From assembly GCA_051362555.1 (NCBI GenBank), contig CM120649.1:9796001-9860000 (forward strand): a DNA stretch of 64,000 nt, given 5' to 3'. Source of the stretch: Lingula anatina. Taxonomy: Eukaryota; Animalia; Brachiopoda. The position numbers and the translations under genes were made by a program. The notes under the pieces are model-generated. The model worked only from the letters and a program-made list of their open reading frames with translations, was not told the origin of the DNA and did not search any database. Positions within the stretch are counted from its first letter, which is position 1. Each line of letters begins with the position of its first letter. This document shows, piece by piece, positions 50,866 through 64,000 of this stretch.

Positions 50866-51853
50866 AAGGACAATGTTCATGTAAAAATCCATTTCTCGAA
50901 TTTTGAAGATACAGCACTCAATCTATACACTAGAGGTATGTTTTAATCGATCCCCGCCATTTAAAAATTATAAAAACAATCTATTAGTAGAAAAAAAAGC
51001 GTTTTAGTAAACCTCACCTCAATATGCAAAAATGAAGCAACAGATCTGGGTCACGTGGTACTGTGACGACAATCACGATAAAGGTCTATGAGACTCAACT
51101 GAGCTGCATGGTGCATACTATACAGACGTAGAAGTTAAGGAAAGTTGTGTTGAACGGAGTTGAGGAATTTTCGTTATGCCTCGGTGTGTTGCCGTGGGAT
51201 TCACCAAAATTGCAGCTCTCTTTGACAATCTTTCTTTGTCTGTGACGGTCTTCCGTGACTTACTAACTTCGGTGACAATAGTTGCGATGCTCTAGATCAT
51301 GGTCACCTCAGGTGGTTTAGATCATATCAAGAGCTGGTAGTCTTTCAGATTAACTGTCATCAGTTGGCAAACTTACTGATTGCTGATGCATTTTAAATGC
51401 TTTGTAGTTGACCAAAAGCTCGTTTACAACAAACCTGTTAATTATGCACCGCTGCAATTCCCAAGCCAGGTAATAACAGGTATGAAACTAGTCTTGGTGG
51501 GCTTTCATATTTTTCAATATATCTCATTTATTTCATGGGGTTATTTTATTGGTATTTGTAAATGACGTTAAATATCAATAAACAATTAAGTTCAAACACG
51601 GTCGCGAACATAAATAAAAGAAATTGCTCTCAAGGTATCTTGAAGCTTCCGTGGAAGAAAACGTGTTGAGGAAAAACAGGAAAAAGAGCGTTATATTAAA
51701 GAAAAAATGGGAACTGCTATAATAAAATAGTTCGTTATCCTAATTCGTTTATGCTTTGAGGATTTGTTTCTGAAGATTATTTCATCTGAAATATTAAATA
51801 ATTTAAAAGATTGATTATTTTATAACTTGAAACGCAAATTCTGCGTCAGTACG

Positions 51854-51900
<47 letters not shown>

Positions 51901-53050
51901 AAATTTGTAAGCTTATAACACCGTGCTATAAAGATCTACTCAAGAAAAAAATTTGCTTGGGTAAAATTGAGTACGGAATGAACTGGAGACACTTGGCTTG
52001 TCATTAAGTTTACACGAAATATGTCAGGTAACTTTATACTGTCTTTGAAAGAGTAAAGATTGAAAGATACTTTTAGACAAACTTTGACGGGGGAAATACC
52101 TACAAAGAGTAATGGGCTACTTCGCCAACATCTTGTTGAAAATTTTACCCTGCAATTCTATTTAAATAAGCTAAGGAACTAATTGCCAAATTAATACTCT
52201 CATCACATAACAGGGGGGTAACCAGACCTGCAAAAATTGTACGCACATATTTAAAAAGATTACAGTGTACAAGCACATACAGCAAAATGTAGACTTACGC
52301 AAAACATGAAGGACAGCGTAATCACAGCAAATGTACCTCATATAGTAGCTTAATTTCCATTAATAATAAAATCATCATTTAAGTCAAAAATATTCTTGCG
52401 ATTTAATAACTATTTTAATTTACCCAGAACGGTATATTTATTTTAAAGGCGGTTAACTGAAATATAGTTTTATGATTTGTTTGTGAAAATTGCCCATGTC
52501 ACCCTGTTAGTTTGGAGGTCTAAGCTGGATTAAGTCCGTGTTAAAATTCAGATTTTATCTAGTACCCCCAGGTCTACGGGAGCTGCGCTTTGTAACTAAC
52601 GCACAGGTAGCGGTTTAATAAAATAAATTGAATTTCACAAATAACATGGACCTCATATGCAATAATCAACATTTCCCTTAACTCATTCAAATGCAGTGTT
52701 TTATACAACTTGGGATAACCATAATGAAATGCTTGTTAAAGAAATGACTAGACGGGAAATGGTTTTACACAGCTTCACGAGGATTTAGACCCCTCGGGTA
52801 AGAGATTTGAATGAGTATAAACTTTTATCAGAAGCCAGAGAAGTCATCTTACAGGTAGACAATGCAGCTCAGTTTGACAGCTAAGCACGCTCTGTTCTCC
52901 AGTGGCTCGATTGTCGTCATTGGACCACGTGACCACATAGCTCATCAACTCCCAGGCCGAGCAAATAGGACGTTTTTTAAATGCTTGTTAAAGAAAATAG
53001 GACGTTTTTTAAAGCCAAAAATTTACAATTAATAAAATAATATTACCTCT
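50866..53050. mobile_element. Degenerate TIR element, possibly Kolobok-like; right boundary uncertain
   Basis: TTAA-AGGACAATG at left; subterminal inverted pair GGTCACGTGGT..TGACGACAATC (near 51050) / GATTGTCGTCA..ACCACGTGACC (near 52910). Confidence 0.35.
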
Positions 53051-55829
53051 TTACAAATAGTTGTGGATAAAGTTCTGCAGTCCGTATTGTCTAATTTTTT
53101 TTTCATATTTAAAGAGGGTATTATTTAAATTCAACTTTTGTAATGTTTATCAATATACTTCCATAACCTGCAGGAATCTCTGCTCGGGACAGTTTTCTTT
53201 TTTAGTCATAAAATATAAATTTACAATTTGCCTGGGAGTACATGTAGGTTTTAGTGAACAATGACAGGTGAGCCAAAAATAAATAAAATGAAATAAAAAT
53301 TCATGCCAGGGATTTTTTAAACGTGTATTTAAGCTTTAGTTAGGTCCTTATACTTAAATTTCCTTCTCCCTTCAGTGATTACCTGCAAGACCCCTATACC
53401 TCCACCCTTCACTGAAAAAAATATGACAATTAGAAGTAATATTTTAATTATCTATAATGTTCATTCAAGAACTGGCTGGCTATATATGAATAGAAGTTTG
53501 AGTGGGTGTTATTCTGCCATCATAAAAAGGTTACGTTTTTTAGCTAAATAAACGTTAAATGTGTTTCTCAAAAAGATATTTTAATTGTTATGTGCATCCG
53601 AGGATGGAAGTTGTTTCAAGATAAATGAAGTACTTCCCACTTATGCCCCTTTTGTCACATTTTTGCCGGGTAGGGCCTTCAGAGGATCTTCAAATTGCAT
53701 AATCTAACCTTCCATCTTTCATTCACAAACGAACAGTTATTTCTGCTTTAAGAAACCAAGAAATCGAGTGATCTTCAGTCTTGTGCAACCTGATGTCACT
53801 AAGGCACTAAGTAAAAGAAAGGACATAATAATGAGTAATTCACATATATATGAATATTATTACGCAAGCTTTTGTGAAAGTACAAGAGGACAGCCATCCA
53901 CACTATTAATCCAACTACAACGAAAAAAACCGAGTTGAATCAAATTGCACAATCTAACCTTCCTTCCTTATTTACAGTCAACGGCGTGTCACATCTAGCA
54001 CATTTCCATCAATTCTGTGGTGCACGTCACAATCATGTTGAGTCAGGATAGACACAAGAATATAACGAGTGTGTTTGGGTAGTTGTCCAATTCAGTAACT
54101 TATTTTACAATTATATAGAATATCATTTTACTTTGATTAGTGACAGTAGAGGAGGAGCAAAATGCGTGGATACTTGAAACACAGAACACTTCATAAATGA
54201 TTAAAAAATATATTTACGGTAACTTATAATCTGCAGTGGTCAACGACTTCTCAAATCTAGCAAACTTCCAGCAATTCTGTAAGACTGACAACCATGTTGA
54301 GACGGGACAGGCTTCAAAATGGGACCGCCCCGGTCGCATATAGTTAGAAAAGAAGTACATATTGTTTAGTAATGGATAAAATGTTACAAATCATTGTGAA
54401 TTAACACAAACGCGAGTGAATTACATGATGTAGATTTAAATTCCGTTGAGTGGAGCTTTCAGTCTAGTATAGTAGAAATGCACTGGTTGCACAAGAGCAA
54501 ATGTGTATAAATGATATTTCAAGACAGATCATACCTAGTACATGTAAGTACAGTTGTATATATCGAATACATCTAAACTGAGCCTCGAAGTAATCTGCTG
54601 AAATATCGTTTCCAGAGAAAAAATACCCGCGGCAAATTATAGCTCATTTTTGTTAGTATATTTAGATATAATGTTATTTGAGTGTTGTATGTGGAATAAT
54701 CATATGATGTATGATATGTTTTTAGACCTGTACCGGACGTAAAAGTACTGACCGCTTTGAATGAATGAGGGTCTTGGATGAGGTATAATAATAATACTGT
54801 TATACCGGAAGCTCATGCATGGAGTATTACATGTAAATGGCATTTTAAATGATAAGTATTATATCCTCCAATCACAAAATCCTAGCAACTCAGTTGCAAA
54901 CTGACGGATACTGGACTTGTTTAAATTAAGAAAAAGAAAAATATTTATCCTTCTCCCACTCATACCAATGTAATACTTCGAGAGATACGTTAAGATACTT
55001 CATGGTATATTACCACTTCATGGGATAAATGCTCTGATTTACTGTCAAATCGACTTCATAGGATAAATTGCGACTTCATCTCCACATTAGATATTGCCTG
55101 CGACTTCATGGGATAATGGTGAAAAAGAACCTGTTGTTGGCCCAGCGCTATGAGAGAGAACGTTTTTGAAATATAATGTTTTTGTACTGTAAATATTATC
55201 CAAAATAGGTAAACTGTACGTTTTAATTCACTTGTATGACTGAATAGGGTTTCTTTAGTGGTATTGGATGCATGTTTTGAGTAATTTTAAAATACACAGG
55301 CGTATGTAGGTGAGGATCCAGTATTTCTAAAAATCAGTACATTATGGGACATTATGGTCAGCATTGAAGAAAAGGGGGTCCAGACCCCCTGGGCCCTCCC
55401 TTCCCAGATCCGCTTGATGCATAAAACTAATGGATCAGGTAAACCAGGCTATGAAAACATAATTTACGCGTAGGTTACTGGATTATAAGGTGGATAAATA
55501 AACAAATAGGAATCAATTATTAAAGATAAATAAATTGATAATAAAAAGAAGCAGAGAAGGTCGTGTATATAATTGTGCTCTACAATTATCTTGATCAAGT
55601 CGCGTCCCACTCTGAAAAGACTAATTTTTCCATGAGGAAAGACGCGCAAGTGTAATGATTTACGTCTGTCCCTTGGTTTCCGAGATGCTCTGTTCTGGTC
55701 CTACACCTGTGAATGTCCATCATGATGTGATCAGTGGTGTCCCCGAAACGTGCCCTTGGCTGGCTCTCATTTGACCCGAAAGTATTATCTGCGGCACAGT
55801 CTGCATTTGGAAACCTGTTAATAAGGCGT

Positions 55830-56043
55830 TCGGAGGGGGGGGGGGTATCCTCTATCCATTAAAGTGAGGAACATGAGACGTTGGGGATATTTAAACTTGC
55901 CATTAGGGATGGGCACGTGTCCTTCGGATTTTTGGTGACTTTGGTGACCTAGGGGTGGTTGATTATTATCTTTAAATTGTATTTCTGCTATATACCCATA
56001 AGTCTTTAGGTTGAGGAAACTAAAATGTCGGGGTGTGCATAGG

Positions 56044-56085
<42 letters not shown>

Positions 56086-57420
56086 TGACCTAGGGTGTGG
56101 CTGTCCCTGGGGATGGTACACATATATATATTACCGTAATTTATTTCATCTCCCCCTAGACCATTCGAATTAGGAACATGAGTCTTTGGTGCATGGGTGG
56201 GCTACATTAGTGTGACTTGGGGTGTGGCCGTCCCTAGGGGGTGGAGTGATTAGTGGTTTGTCAGGCAATGAAGCTGATTCCATAGATTGCACTTAAGATT
56301 CCTTGCAGAGTTGGAACGACCCAGCTAGTACTACATCCTATGTGTGAATCTGATGGCGGTCTTCGAGTTAGGAAGGAAGAGTAAATGTAGAGAAAGCAGC
56401 AGACAGTACTAAATAACAGACCTTCAGTCGTATTCTTGAATATAGGTCAAGTTAATCAAAACCCATTCAAGACCCCATACTCTCAGGAATCCTAGGGTCC
56501 AAGTCCCATTGTTCTTTAACATAAAACACACATGTTGATTACTGCTCTTGGGAAATAAGCATTTTTGTTTTGTGTTAAGACACAACAGCAGTTAAACGCT
56601 AGGATTCCTGATCGAGTGTGTGTGGCCTTGAATTAGTTTTTAATTGGATTCCCTGACCTATATTTATGCATATGGCTGGAAGTCCATTTAGTTCTGTATG
56701 TGCTTCTGCTGTTCTCTACATTTCTCAAAGACCCATGCACATTCATTAAAATGACTGGTTCATCAATCTCCGTTTCATGTTCCTTAAAATTTAAGGGTAT
56801 AGATGGCAGAAATAAAGTTGTGAAAAATAGAATCAACCAGCCCCGGGATAGCCACACCTGAATTAAATATCATACTAACATTCCCGGAAACCTATGCATA
56901 TCCTCAATGGTAAGCTTATCAGCCCGGAAGGTTTCATGTTCCCAACTGTAATGGTGTAAGGGTAGAAGCACGAATAACGATGTTAAATTTAAAATCAACT
57001 TCCCCAGGGACGGCCACACCCAATGTCACAAAAACCCAGAAAGACCCATACACATCCCCAAAGACAGATGCTTCAATCCCCATAGCCTTACGTTCCCAGC
57101 TTTATTGGTCTACGGATAGATATAGCAGGAATAACAATGTCAATTAGACTCAACCGCTCCCAGGAAACCCCCCCCCCCCCAAAAAAAAAAAAAAAAAAAT
57201 CCGAAGTGCCCTTCCAAATTCAAAATAGTATGTAGCCACGTTTCATGTTCCTAGCATAAAATACGATGTAAAAATTAGAATAGACCACCCCCAGGGTCGA
57301 CCACACCCCAAGTCACAATTGAATTCCGAAGAGCCTTTGCAAATTCCTATAATGATAGGTTTATTAATCCCCGACGTATCAAGTTTCTAACTATGATGGT
57401 TTAGGAAGTAACAATGTGAA
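55830..57420. mobile_element. Foldback-like element: oppositely oriented arrays of ~140-bp units around a unique core
   Basis: GTGAC(C/T)T(A/G)GGGTGTGG units forward at about 55940-56245 and reversed (CCACACCCAA..TCACA) at about 56830-57320; core homologous to 27240-27650. Confidence 0.65.
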
Positions 57421-57442
57421 ATAGATTATGCATGTACATAAT

Positions 57443-57472
57443 CAAGAAGTTATAAAGAGATATAACTTCTTG
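57443..57472. other. 30-bp hairpin flanked by a near-perfect 7-bp direct repeat; putative P-superfamily excision footprint
   Basis: ACATAAT-[CAAGAAGTTATAAAGAGATATAACTTCTTG]-ATATAAT. Confidence 0.55.
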
Positions 57473-58436
57473 ATATAATAAATTGTCCACCACAGGGAAA
57501 GCTTGACCAATGTAAGCGTACCTAGCCGAGACAACCCCGTCCCCATTCCAATTCTACCTCTATAGAACTTCACACTAGCTATTTATTGACAAAGAAAAAA
57601 TTCTGGTTGCAAAATGCGTTCCGGTTGAAAAATTCATTTTCACGATTTTCTTTGGTTACAAAATGCGTTGCAGTTGCAAAATGCGGCTCTACACCAGTTT
57701 TATGAATCCCCAGTATTTCATTCTCCCCAACATCTATCTGGACAGTTGACCGTTTCAAATCATTCAGATTTCAGACTTTCCGACCTAAGCGTTTTCATTA
57801 AGTATATAGGCCAGGAGGTCAATCTTTTTAAACGACCGAGATATTTTCGAAACATTTATGTTGCATATCAATAGAAAAGCCTATTTTTACAGCTTGTTAT
57901 TGCAAGTCATAACATTTATGTCATAGTTACAAAAAAGATACTTCTATAACACGAATAATGGAATAGACGGTTTGTTAAAGATATTAATGTACACTTAGTG
58001 TGGAGATTAAAACCTCTCTGCCTAGTAGAGTTCTACAGTGGAAAGACATACATTCTTGCTACTGTGTACTAGCCACATCTATAAACCTGCGCCGTCAATC
58101 AAACCACACATGGTCAGTTTTATGCCCTAGTTTAAAGGCAGGCAATGTGTTTATTTATACACTTCGTTTGTCTTATACATCTAGTGCCTTAGACCCGCCA
58201 TGATTCAACGTCCAAATATTGTCGTCCTGAAATCTGAAAAATCTCAAAACTAAATGGGTAAAACAAAAAACTAGCTTTATGCTTTCCGTCACTGGACCGT
58301 AGCTCTTGAAATAAAGTACATTATTTATAGAAGTTAATCTCACGGGTATCTACGAGAACATCTGAAAATAACAGCTTCATTAAACTCCAACGAGATAAAA
58401 TACGCACTATCATGAGAGTGAGTAATGTTACTCCCC

Positions 58437-58467
<31 letters not shown>

Positions 58468-60403
58468 ACACACCCCATTTCAAATGCACGCGTCACTCTG
58501 GAAATCATGGTCTAGAATGAAACTTCATATCGACCTTTACGCCTAATTTCCACATCCAACCAGAACTGAAACATGTTTGGATACAATGTACCATGAAGTG
58601 GTAATATACTACGAAGTCTCCTAAGGGTCCTTATTTTTTAACCAATGAAGTCGCCTTCTATCATGAAGTAGTAATTCTTATCCTATGAAGTGGTAATATA
58701 CCATGAAGTATCTTAACACACGTTATACGTGTTTCCTTTCGGCGCATTTACTGCCCTACGCCTATACTTTATTATCAGTGTGATGATTGACGATCGTTTA
58801 TATTACGGTCAGTCAACCCACCTCCAGAAAGGTAGAAATTCCTTTAAAGATGACTGCGATTGACGTTTGTTTATGTAACCGTCAATCAAACCGTCCGTAT
58901 GTGAGCTTTGATTGACACCTATCAATCTCTTTCGACCCTCGTATCAATGTTACGGCCCATTGGCATAATAAGACAACCACCCTGAAATAAACCGTGATAC
59001 ATTTGTCTATCACAACACATTGTCAAACCGAGTAAAGATTGCCGAGCAAATAAGAGAAAATTCAGGCCTGTAGCGTCTAGCCTATAAGGGGAAATTCAAA
59101 TTTGCAACAGCTCTCACCCCAGCTAGGTGGACGTAATGGAGTTTGATCGGAGTCATTGGTTGCCACGTAAAAGACAGTGAACCTATCGCCAGCTGCCAAT
59201 CACCTATGGCTCTCAATACAGAAATGCATTGTATTTTTCACACCACAGACCTTGGCGCAAGGCTCCTAATTTTTGGACACACCATCGTTCTCAGTCTTGA
59301 TTGTACGAGAAAAAAATAATATTCAACAATAGGCTATAACTTTAAAAACAATTTTCTTTGTGTTGATATTTTATGGAAAATGTGAATTGCCCGAGAGATC
59401 AGTCAATCTTTTGTCTTTCCTTTGCACTAACTCATCTGTTCAAAATGTAAAATTAAATGCATGGGTCTGTGCGTGTGTGTGGGCGTGCATGCATGTTTTG
59501 CGCTCTTGTTCAATTCCATGTTCCGTCTTATCTCCGGTTTTTCATACTGAATATGTTAATAAATAGGTATGGGGGGCATTGGAATGTAGGAAGAACTGAG
59601 CTCCCCCACCCCGCCTCGGACTCTTTTCAACCACAACAGTCATACAGCTTGGCTAGCTGCTTCACTACATTGTTGTGTAAATGCACGCGTGTGCGTGTGT
59701 ATTTGTTTGTTAAAGATGACAACGAAGATGAAGTTGACGAAAAATTAATATTTATTACGCCTGAAAAAATAAGCAGATATAAAGTCAGTCTTATCAGAGT
59801 TTGTATAATCTGTGCAACATACATGTATACCTATAGCCTTTGAAGTTCTTTACAATAGGTAAGTGACACTTGCGAATTACAGTGTGTCTGTAGGTAGTTT
59901 TCTATGAGAAGACGTACACTGTAAATGCACTGCAAACTACAATCGACCCACAAAAATAAATGAAAATAATAATGTAAATATTAAAAAGTATAACTATGTG
60001 CGAAAACAATGTAAAGTTTTACTGAAGAAGGTTGGCATTCCCCCTACATGCCCATTGATACCGGTAAATTTACACTTGCTGAACCAAGTGCAGGGTTTGG
60101 TCGTGGCACGAATCCATTTATATATGTATACATGTAGCTCGTGTTTGCGAATGAAGTGAGAATATAAATTTCTTTAATCTAGAATAATTAATTTTTTTCT
60201 TGGGTAATTGATATCAATTAGAAACAATATTTAGTAATACTTTTATCTAAATAATTGATAATTCTTGGGTAACTGAAATGGCACTTAGAATGCTTAATAC
60301 TGATCTTAAGCCTTCAAGTGCGTTTTGTCTATAGGGACGGAATCATTTGCCAAGATGATACTGTTCTGGTTGAGGGGTACCTTTCCTTTTGACGTTAAGA
60401 ATA

Positions 60404-60885
60404 TTATTTCTTTTCAGGGAGCTCAAACTCCTGTCCGATAGGTTGAATATTCCTGTCTTTCAAGGGCGGTAAAACTTGTCGGGGTTGGGATGGACGGAAA
60501 CTAAAAGAAAACTGGTGCTGTACAGGGGGAGGACTGCAAATGTTGACATCTGCCGTGTGATCTTTGACAGCGGAATCATATCCAGGAATCTGAGCCAAAT
60601 ACGGCGTGTTTCCATCTGGCTTTGCGTTCGGTGGCAATGTATGTTTCTTGCAAAGCCCTTGCACTTCACGGTGTGAACGCAATGATGAGACACTGGGGGT
60701 GCACTCCTGCGTCTCCCTGACATATTTAACGGCATTCACTCGAACCTTTCTTTTTTGGAGCAACAGGCAACGTTGTATCATAAACACTAACAGGCCAAGT
60801 ACCAAGAGCGCCCCAACTACTCCCACACCTGCTTGGAATCCCATCGTTTGGTACCATGCTTTGAAAGGGGCCTGCCCGACAGTAC
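60404..60885 (-). CDS. EGF/cadherin membrane protein, last exon (transmembrane helix and cytoplasmic tail)
   Basis: Acceptor taatcag at 60887-60886; phase 1; GTVGQAPFKAWYQTMGFQAGVGVVGALLVLGLLVFMI followed by basic QKRKVR. Confidence 0.85.
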
Positions 60886-61223
60886 CTGATTAAGGTATAG
60901 TATTGTTAAGAATAAACCAAATTAACTATCATAAAACCAATCTTGATTTGGGACAATACACTTACACAATACAAATGTGCACTTGTCTCAGTTGTAAAAT
61001 CTTTATGCAAAAAGTGAATCAATTAATTGTCATTTACAAATTAAAAAAAATCACTTCACTATTACAATACGTTAACTATATTTCCAAGTAATTATGTCAT
61101 TGTAAATAAAATGGAAACATATCATTAAACATATGATCCACCCACATTCTACATCTTATACAATTAAAACAACATTCACTTGGCAATCCCGTTTATTCAA
61201 TTCGCCACAACATTTGTACATAC

Positions 61224-61298
61224 CATTTGCAGGTGTTGTTACCGCTGCTTTTGTTGTAGTCATGCCAACGTGCTCTTCACTAAGCGTCTCTGTCGAGC
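61224..61298 (-). CDS. EGF/cadherin membrane protein, Ser/Thr-rich stalk exon
   Basis: 75 nt, phase 1/1, flanked by ttctactcag and gtatgt; GSTETLSEEHVGMTTTKAAVTTPAN. Confidence 0.8.
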
Positions 61299-62329
61299 CT
61301 GAGTAGAAAAAAGTAAAACATCACAAAAACATCACAACAAAAGGAAACTAATGGTTCTCCAATTCAAACGGCATTTTAGTCGTAAGAATCACTCTTGTAA
61401 GTATAAGAGAAAAAAAAACAGTTCTCCTTCACACTGCTTATGGTGGTAGTGCACAGAATAGGATATTGTCCATTTCAATGCAATATTACATACTGCACGA
61501 CAGCAAAATCAACACCAAACCTTAATAAGGTATAACAGGTAACAAGGATATTGAGAATACAGGATCAGAACGGCAATGCCGCCGTCAAATATTGTACAAT
61601 CAGCAAAATTATTAGTTCTTTCAAGTTATCAGGGCCGGAAAATTTGTAAAGTACAGTTCATGGTGGAAAGAAGGTCAAATGTCAAATTCAAGGTCACAGT
61701 AAGATTGCCAATATTGGCTTCGTATTTAAGTTCAATGGGCATTTTTCTGTAAGTTTTTGAAAAATATACATGTTATTTTGAAATTTTCCACCGTTGAGCA
61801 TTATGACATTTGTACATGTTTAATCACATAGTCTTCTGAAATAGCACAACTCCTTAACCGTATGGAAAACAAAACAAAAACAAAAAGAGCTTACTTACGC
61901 CGCATGCACAACAAAAATCGATTCGATGACTAACATACCTGCGGATCAAATACAGCCGACCGACTTGAAAGCCTGCCGCATAGTCCCAGCGGGGAATCTA
62001 TTCATTGTCTATTAAGGGATTGCACGGCAAGCTTTAAGAAGTTCGGCCATATATGATCCGCGGATCTGTTAGTCCGCGGATCAACTTGTTCTAAATGCAC
62101 CTTAACAGTGCATTTGACAAGCTCTTCAAAATGCAACAAAACGGGGGTCTCTAGCTTACGGTTTCCAAATAAGAGCAATTAAAATACATAACTGTTGTGC
62201 AGACATTCCTGTATAATTACTCAATCAACTAAACACCAGATACCGGTATGTTGGTTTTCAAAAAAAAAAAAAAAAAATATCGTTTACATAATTTGAAAGG
62301 TTGCTGAACGGGTGGTGCCTTAAACTAAC

Positions 62330-63310
62330 CATAGAAAGCCGCAGACAGGTTGTATATTCCATCCATATTTGTTGACGTTGTCCAATCATATTTACCGGTC
62401 TCTTGATCAGTTTCTGAATATCCAGGCAAAGACGAGATCGATGTAGAGATTGAGGCACCGCCTGGTTTTTCTGCGACGTGTCCGTATATTGTTATTACGA
62501 CTGGTAAGATGGCAGATCCTGGTGGTTCACCTCCATCTTCCGCTACTATGAAGAGTTCGTACCGAGACTGAGCCGGGTATCGCATCACTGTCAACTGCCC
62601 AGTGTCCTGGTCGACAGCAAAGGTGTTGTTAGGGTTGCTGTCACCAGTGAATGAGTAATGAACCCTACCGTTTGACCCGCTGTCTACATCTACTGCTACA
62701 AACGTCCCAATAATACGCCCTAATGCTCCAGAGGCATCCAGAAGAATATCTGGGAAAACTAACAACTGAAACTCTGGCGCGTTATCATTCACATCTTGGA
62801 CGGTGATAGATACTTTCGCGGCAGTGCTTTTAGGTGGCTCGCCCTTATCAGTCGCAACTACTGTCATAATGAATTCTTTCTGGGCAAGGTTCTCGAAGTC
62901 AAAAGTGGTTATAATAAGGATCTGTCCCTGGTTGTCGACACTGAAGAAACCTGCGCCGTTACTACCGTACATGGAATACGACAATTCGCCATTTCGACCT
63001 GCATCGGCGTCTATAGCACTTACATTTGTGATATTATTCTGAAATATGATGGCAGACCCTTCAACAGTGTTCTCAAGTATGCTGGTATTGTACCATTCAT
63101 GTGCAAAGGAAGGACTGTGAATGTTTGGACCAATGTGGACAGAGCAGTCGTCGCCGTCGTATTCATCAAAGCATTCACACTGGTTCGCTGAAACACATGT
63201 ACCATGGCCGGAGCAATTGGAAACGTCAGCACAGACGGGTTCGTCACAGCGGGCTCCGAGCCAGCCAATGAAACACTGACATGTGTCGAATGACACACAT
63301 TGTCCGTTGT
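62330..63310 (-). CDS. EGF/cadherin membrane protein, exon with EGF-like repeats and two cadherin repeats
   Basis: CSGHGTCVSANQCECFDEYDGDDC; cadherin motifs DADAGRNG, FDFE, ATDKGEP, VQDVNDNAPEF, AEDGGEP; acceptor tttcag at 63312-63311; donor gttagt at 62329 (alternative same-phase donor gtaaat near 62395). Confidence 0.9.
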
Positions 63311-63582
63311 CTGAAATATTTCATGTAATTGAGGAGAAAAAAGAAAACATGTTCAACGCAATAAATAATTACAAAGATAAGTTATAACTATTTATAAGTT
63401 TTCAAGGACAGAATCACAGCTTAAAACTTGTTTGTGATGTGAACTAAAACCATTATGATGACAGATAATGCACAACATACTGTAACAGCAAGTTGATTTA
63501 CACGGAATCCATTAAAGAAGCGTGTAAATAAAACGCTCTGTAAACACAAATGGATTTATGTTGGTGTGTTAGTGAGCACTTA

Positions 63583-63809
63583 GACCCCATTCCCATAAAT
63601 ATTTAGATCGATCTATCCCCCTGGGGAGTCTCACAAAAGTGGTGTCAGCTTAACAGGCTTAAATGTCTGCCCCGCCTACTAAAATCTGTAAGGGGGTAAT
63701 TAACTATGGTGCGCGCTCGGCTGACTGCAATTTAGCGTGAACCTCCCAGGGAGTTAGGTCGATCTAAATCTTAATCTCTGGATCGATCTAAATCTCTGGG
63801 AATACACCC
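63583..63809. mobile_element. Harbinger-type MITE in an intron
   Basis: TTA on both sides; ATTCCCA..ATTTAGATCGATC / GATCGATCTAAAT..TGGGAAT inverted ends. Confidence 0.7.
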
Positions 63810-63953
63810 TTAGATTCACTTGTAATACGAAGTTAATTCTGGCCACAAGTTTCAGAAAATAAACCAAGATAACGGGAGGATCTACATGTAGTTAAAATTA
63901 CGTACATCAAGCTGTGTACAATGCACGCCTTTTTATTGGGGAAAAACGCTTAC

Positions 63954-64000
63954 CAGAACAGTAACCAATAGCTTCACATGAAAAATTGGAACAATCACTT
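63954..64000 (-). CDS. EGF/cadherin membrane protein, partial upstream exon (runs off the window)
   Basis: SDCSNFSCEAIGYCS then donor G/gtaagc; joins the next exon as CSDNGQCVSFDTCQC. Confidence 0.8.

Larger units (their letters stand above)
54994..58712. mobile_element. 3.7-kb TIR-bounded element with TTAA flanks, containing nested repeats
   Basis: TTAA-GATACTTCATGGTATATTACCACTTCATGGGATA at 54990 and its reverse complement (one mismatch) ending GTATC-TTAA at 58716; ACTTCAT/ATGAAGT subterminal repeats at both ends. Confidence 0.75.

Noticed and set aside
53690-54300. Diverged ~255-bp direct repeats
   Set aside because: Only short matching blocks with no termini or coding signal; ordinary decayed repeat.
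57443-57472. loxP-like or DIRS recombinase site (contains ATAACTTC and GAAGTTAT)
   Set aside because: Arm arrangement and spacer differ from loxP, spacer length differs between the two sites, and the flanking 7-bp duplications fit a DDE-transposon scar better.

Overview
AT-rich, repeat-dense animal genomic DNA with spliceosomal introns, most likely a marine invertebrate (probably lophotrochozoan; species not determinable from sequence). Host genes, all on the minus strand: two tandem paralogous membrane-anchored copper amine oxidase genes (17.9-20.4 kb and 38.8-41.2 kb, two coding exons each); the 3' end of an EGF-repeat plus cadherin type I membrane protein gene (60.4-64 kb); and a candidate 3-exon gene for a 110-aa secreted prepropeptide (2.26-8.97 kb) that the ORF track does not show as one product. 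The rest is nested transposon debris: a deleted DIRS-type element split by an Academ-like insertion, a Tx1/L1-type LINE inside a TA-target MITE, an RTE-X-like LINE, several Harbinger, Kolobok-like and other MITEs, a solo LTR and a foldback-like element. The most notable unexplained signals are the candidate peptide precursor, two 26-30 bp hairpins with 7-bp flanking duplications that resemble P-element excision scars, TA-to-TACATGTA scars visible by comparing repeat copies, and patchy homogenisation between the two amine oxidases. All coordinates and counts were read by eye; no searches were run.
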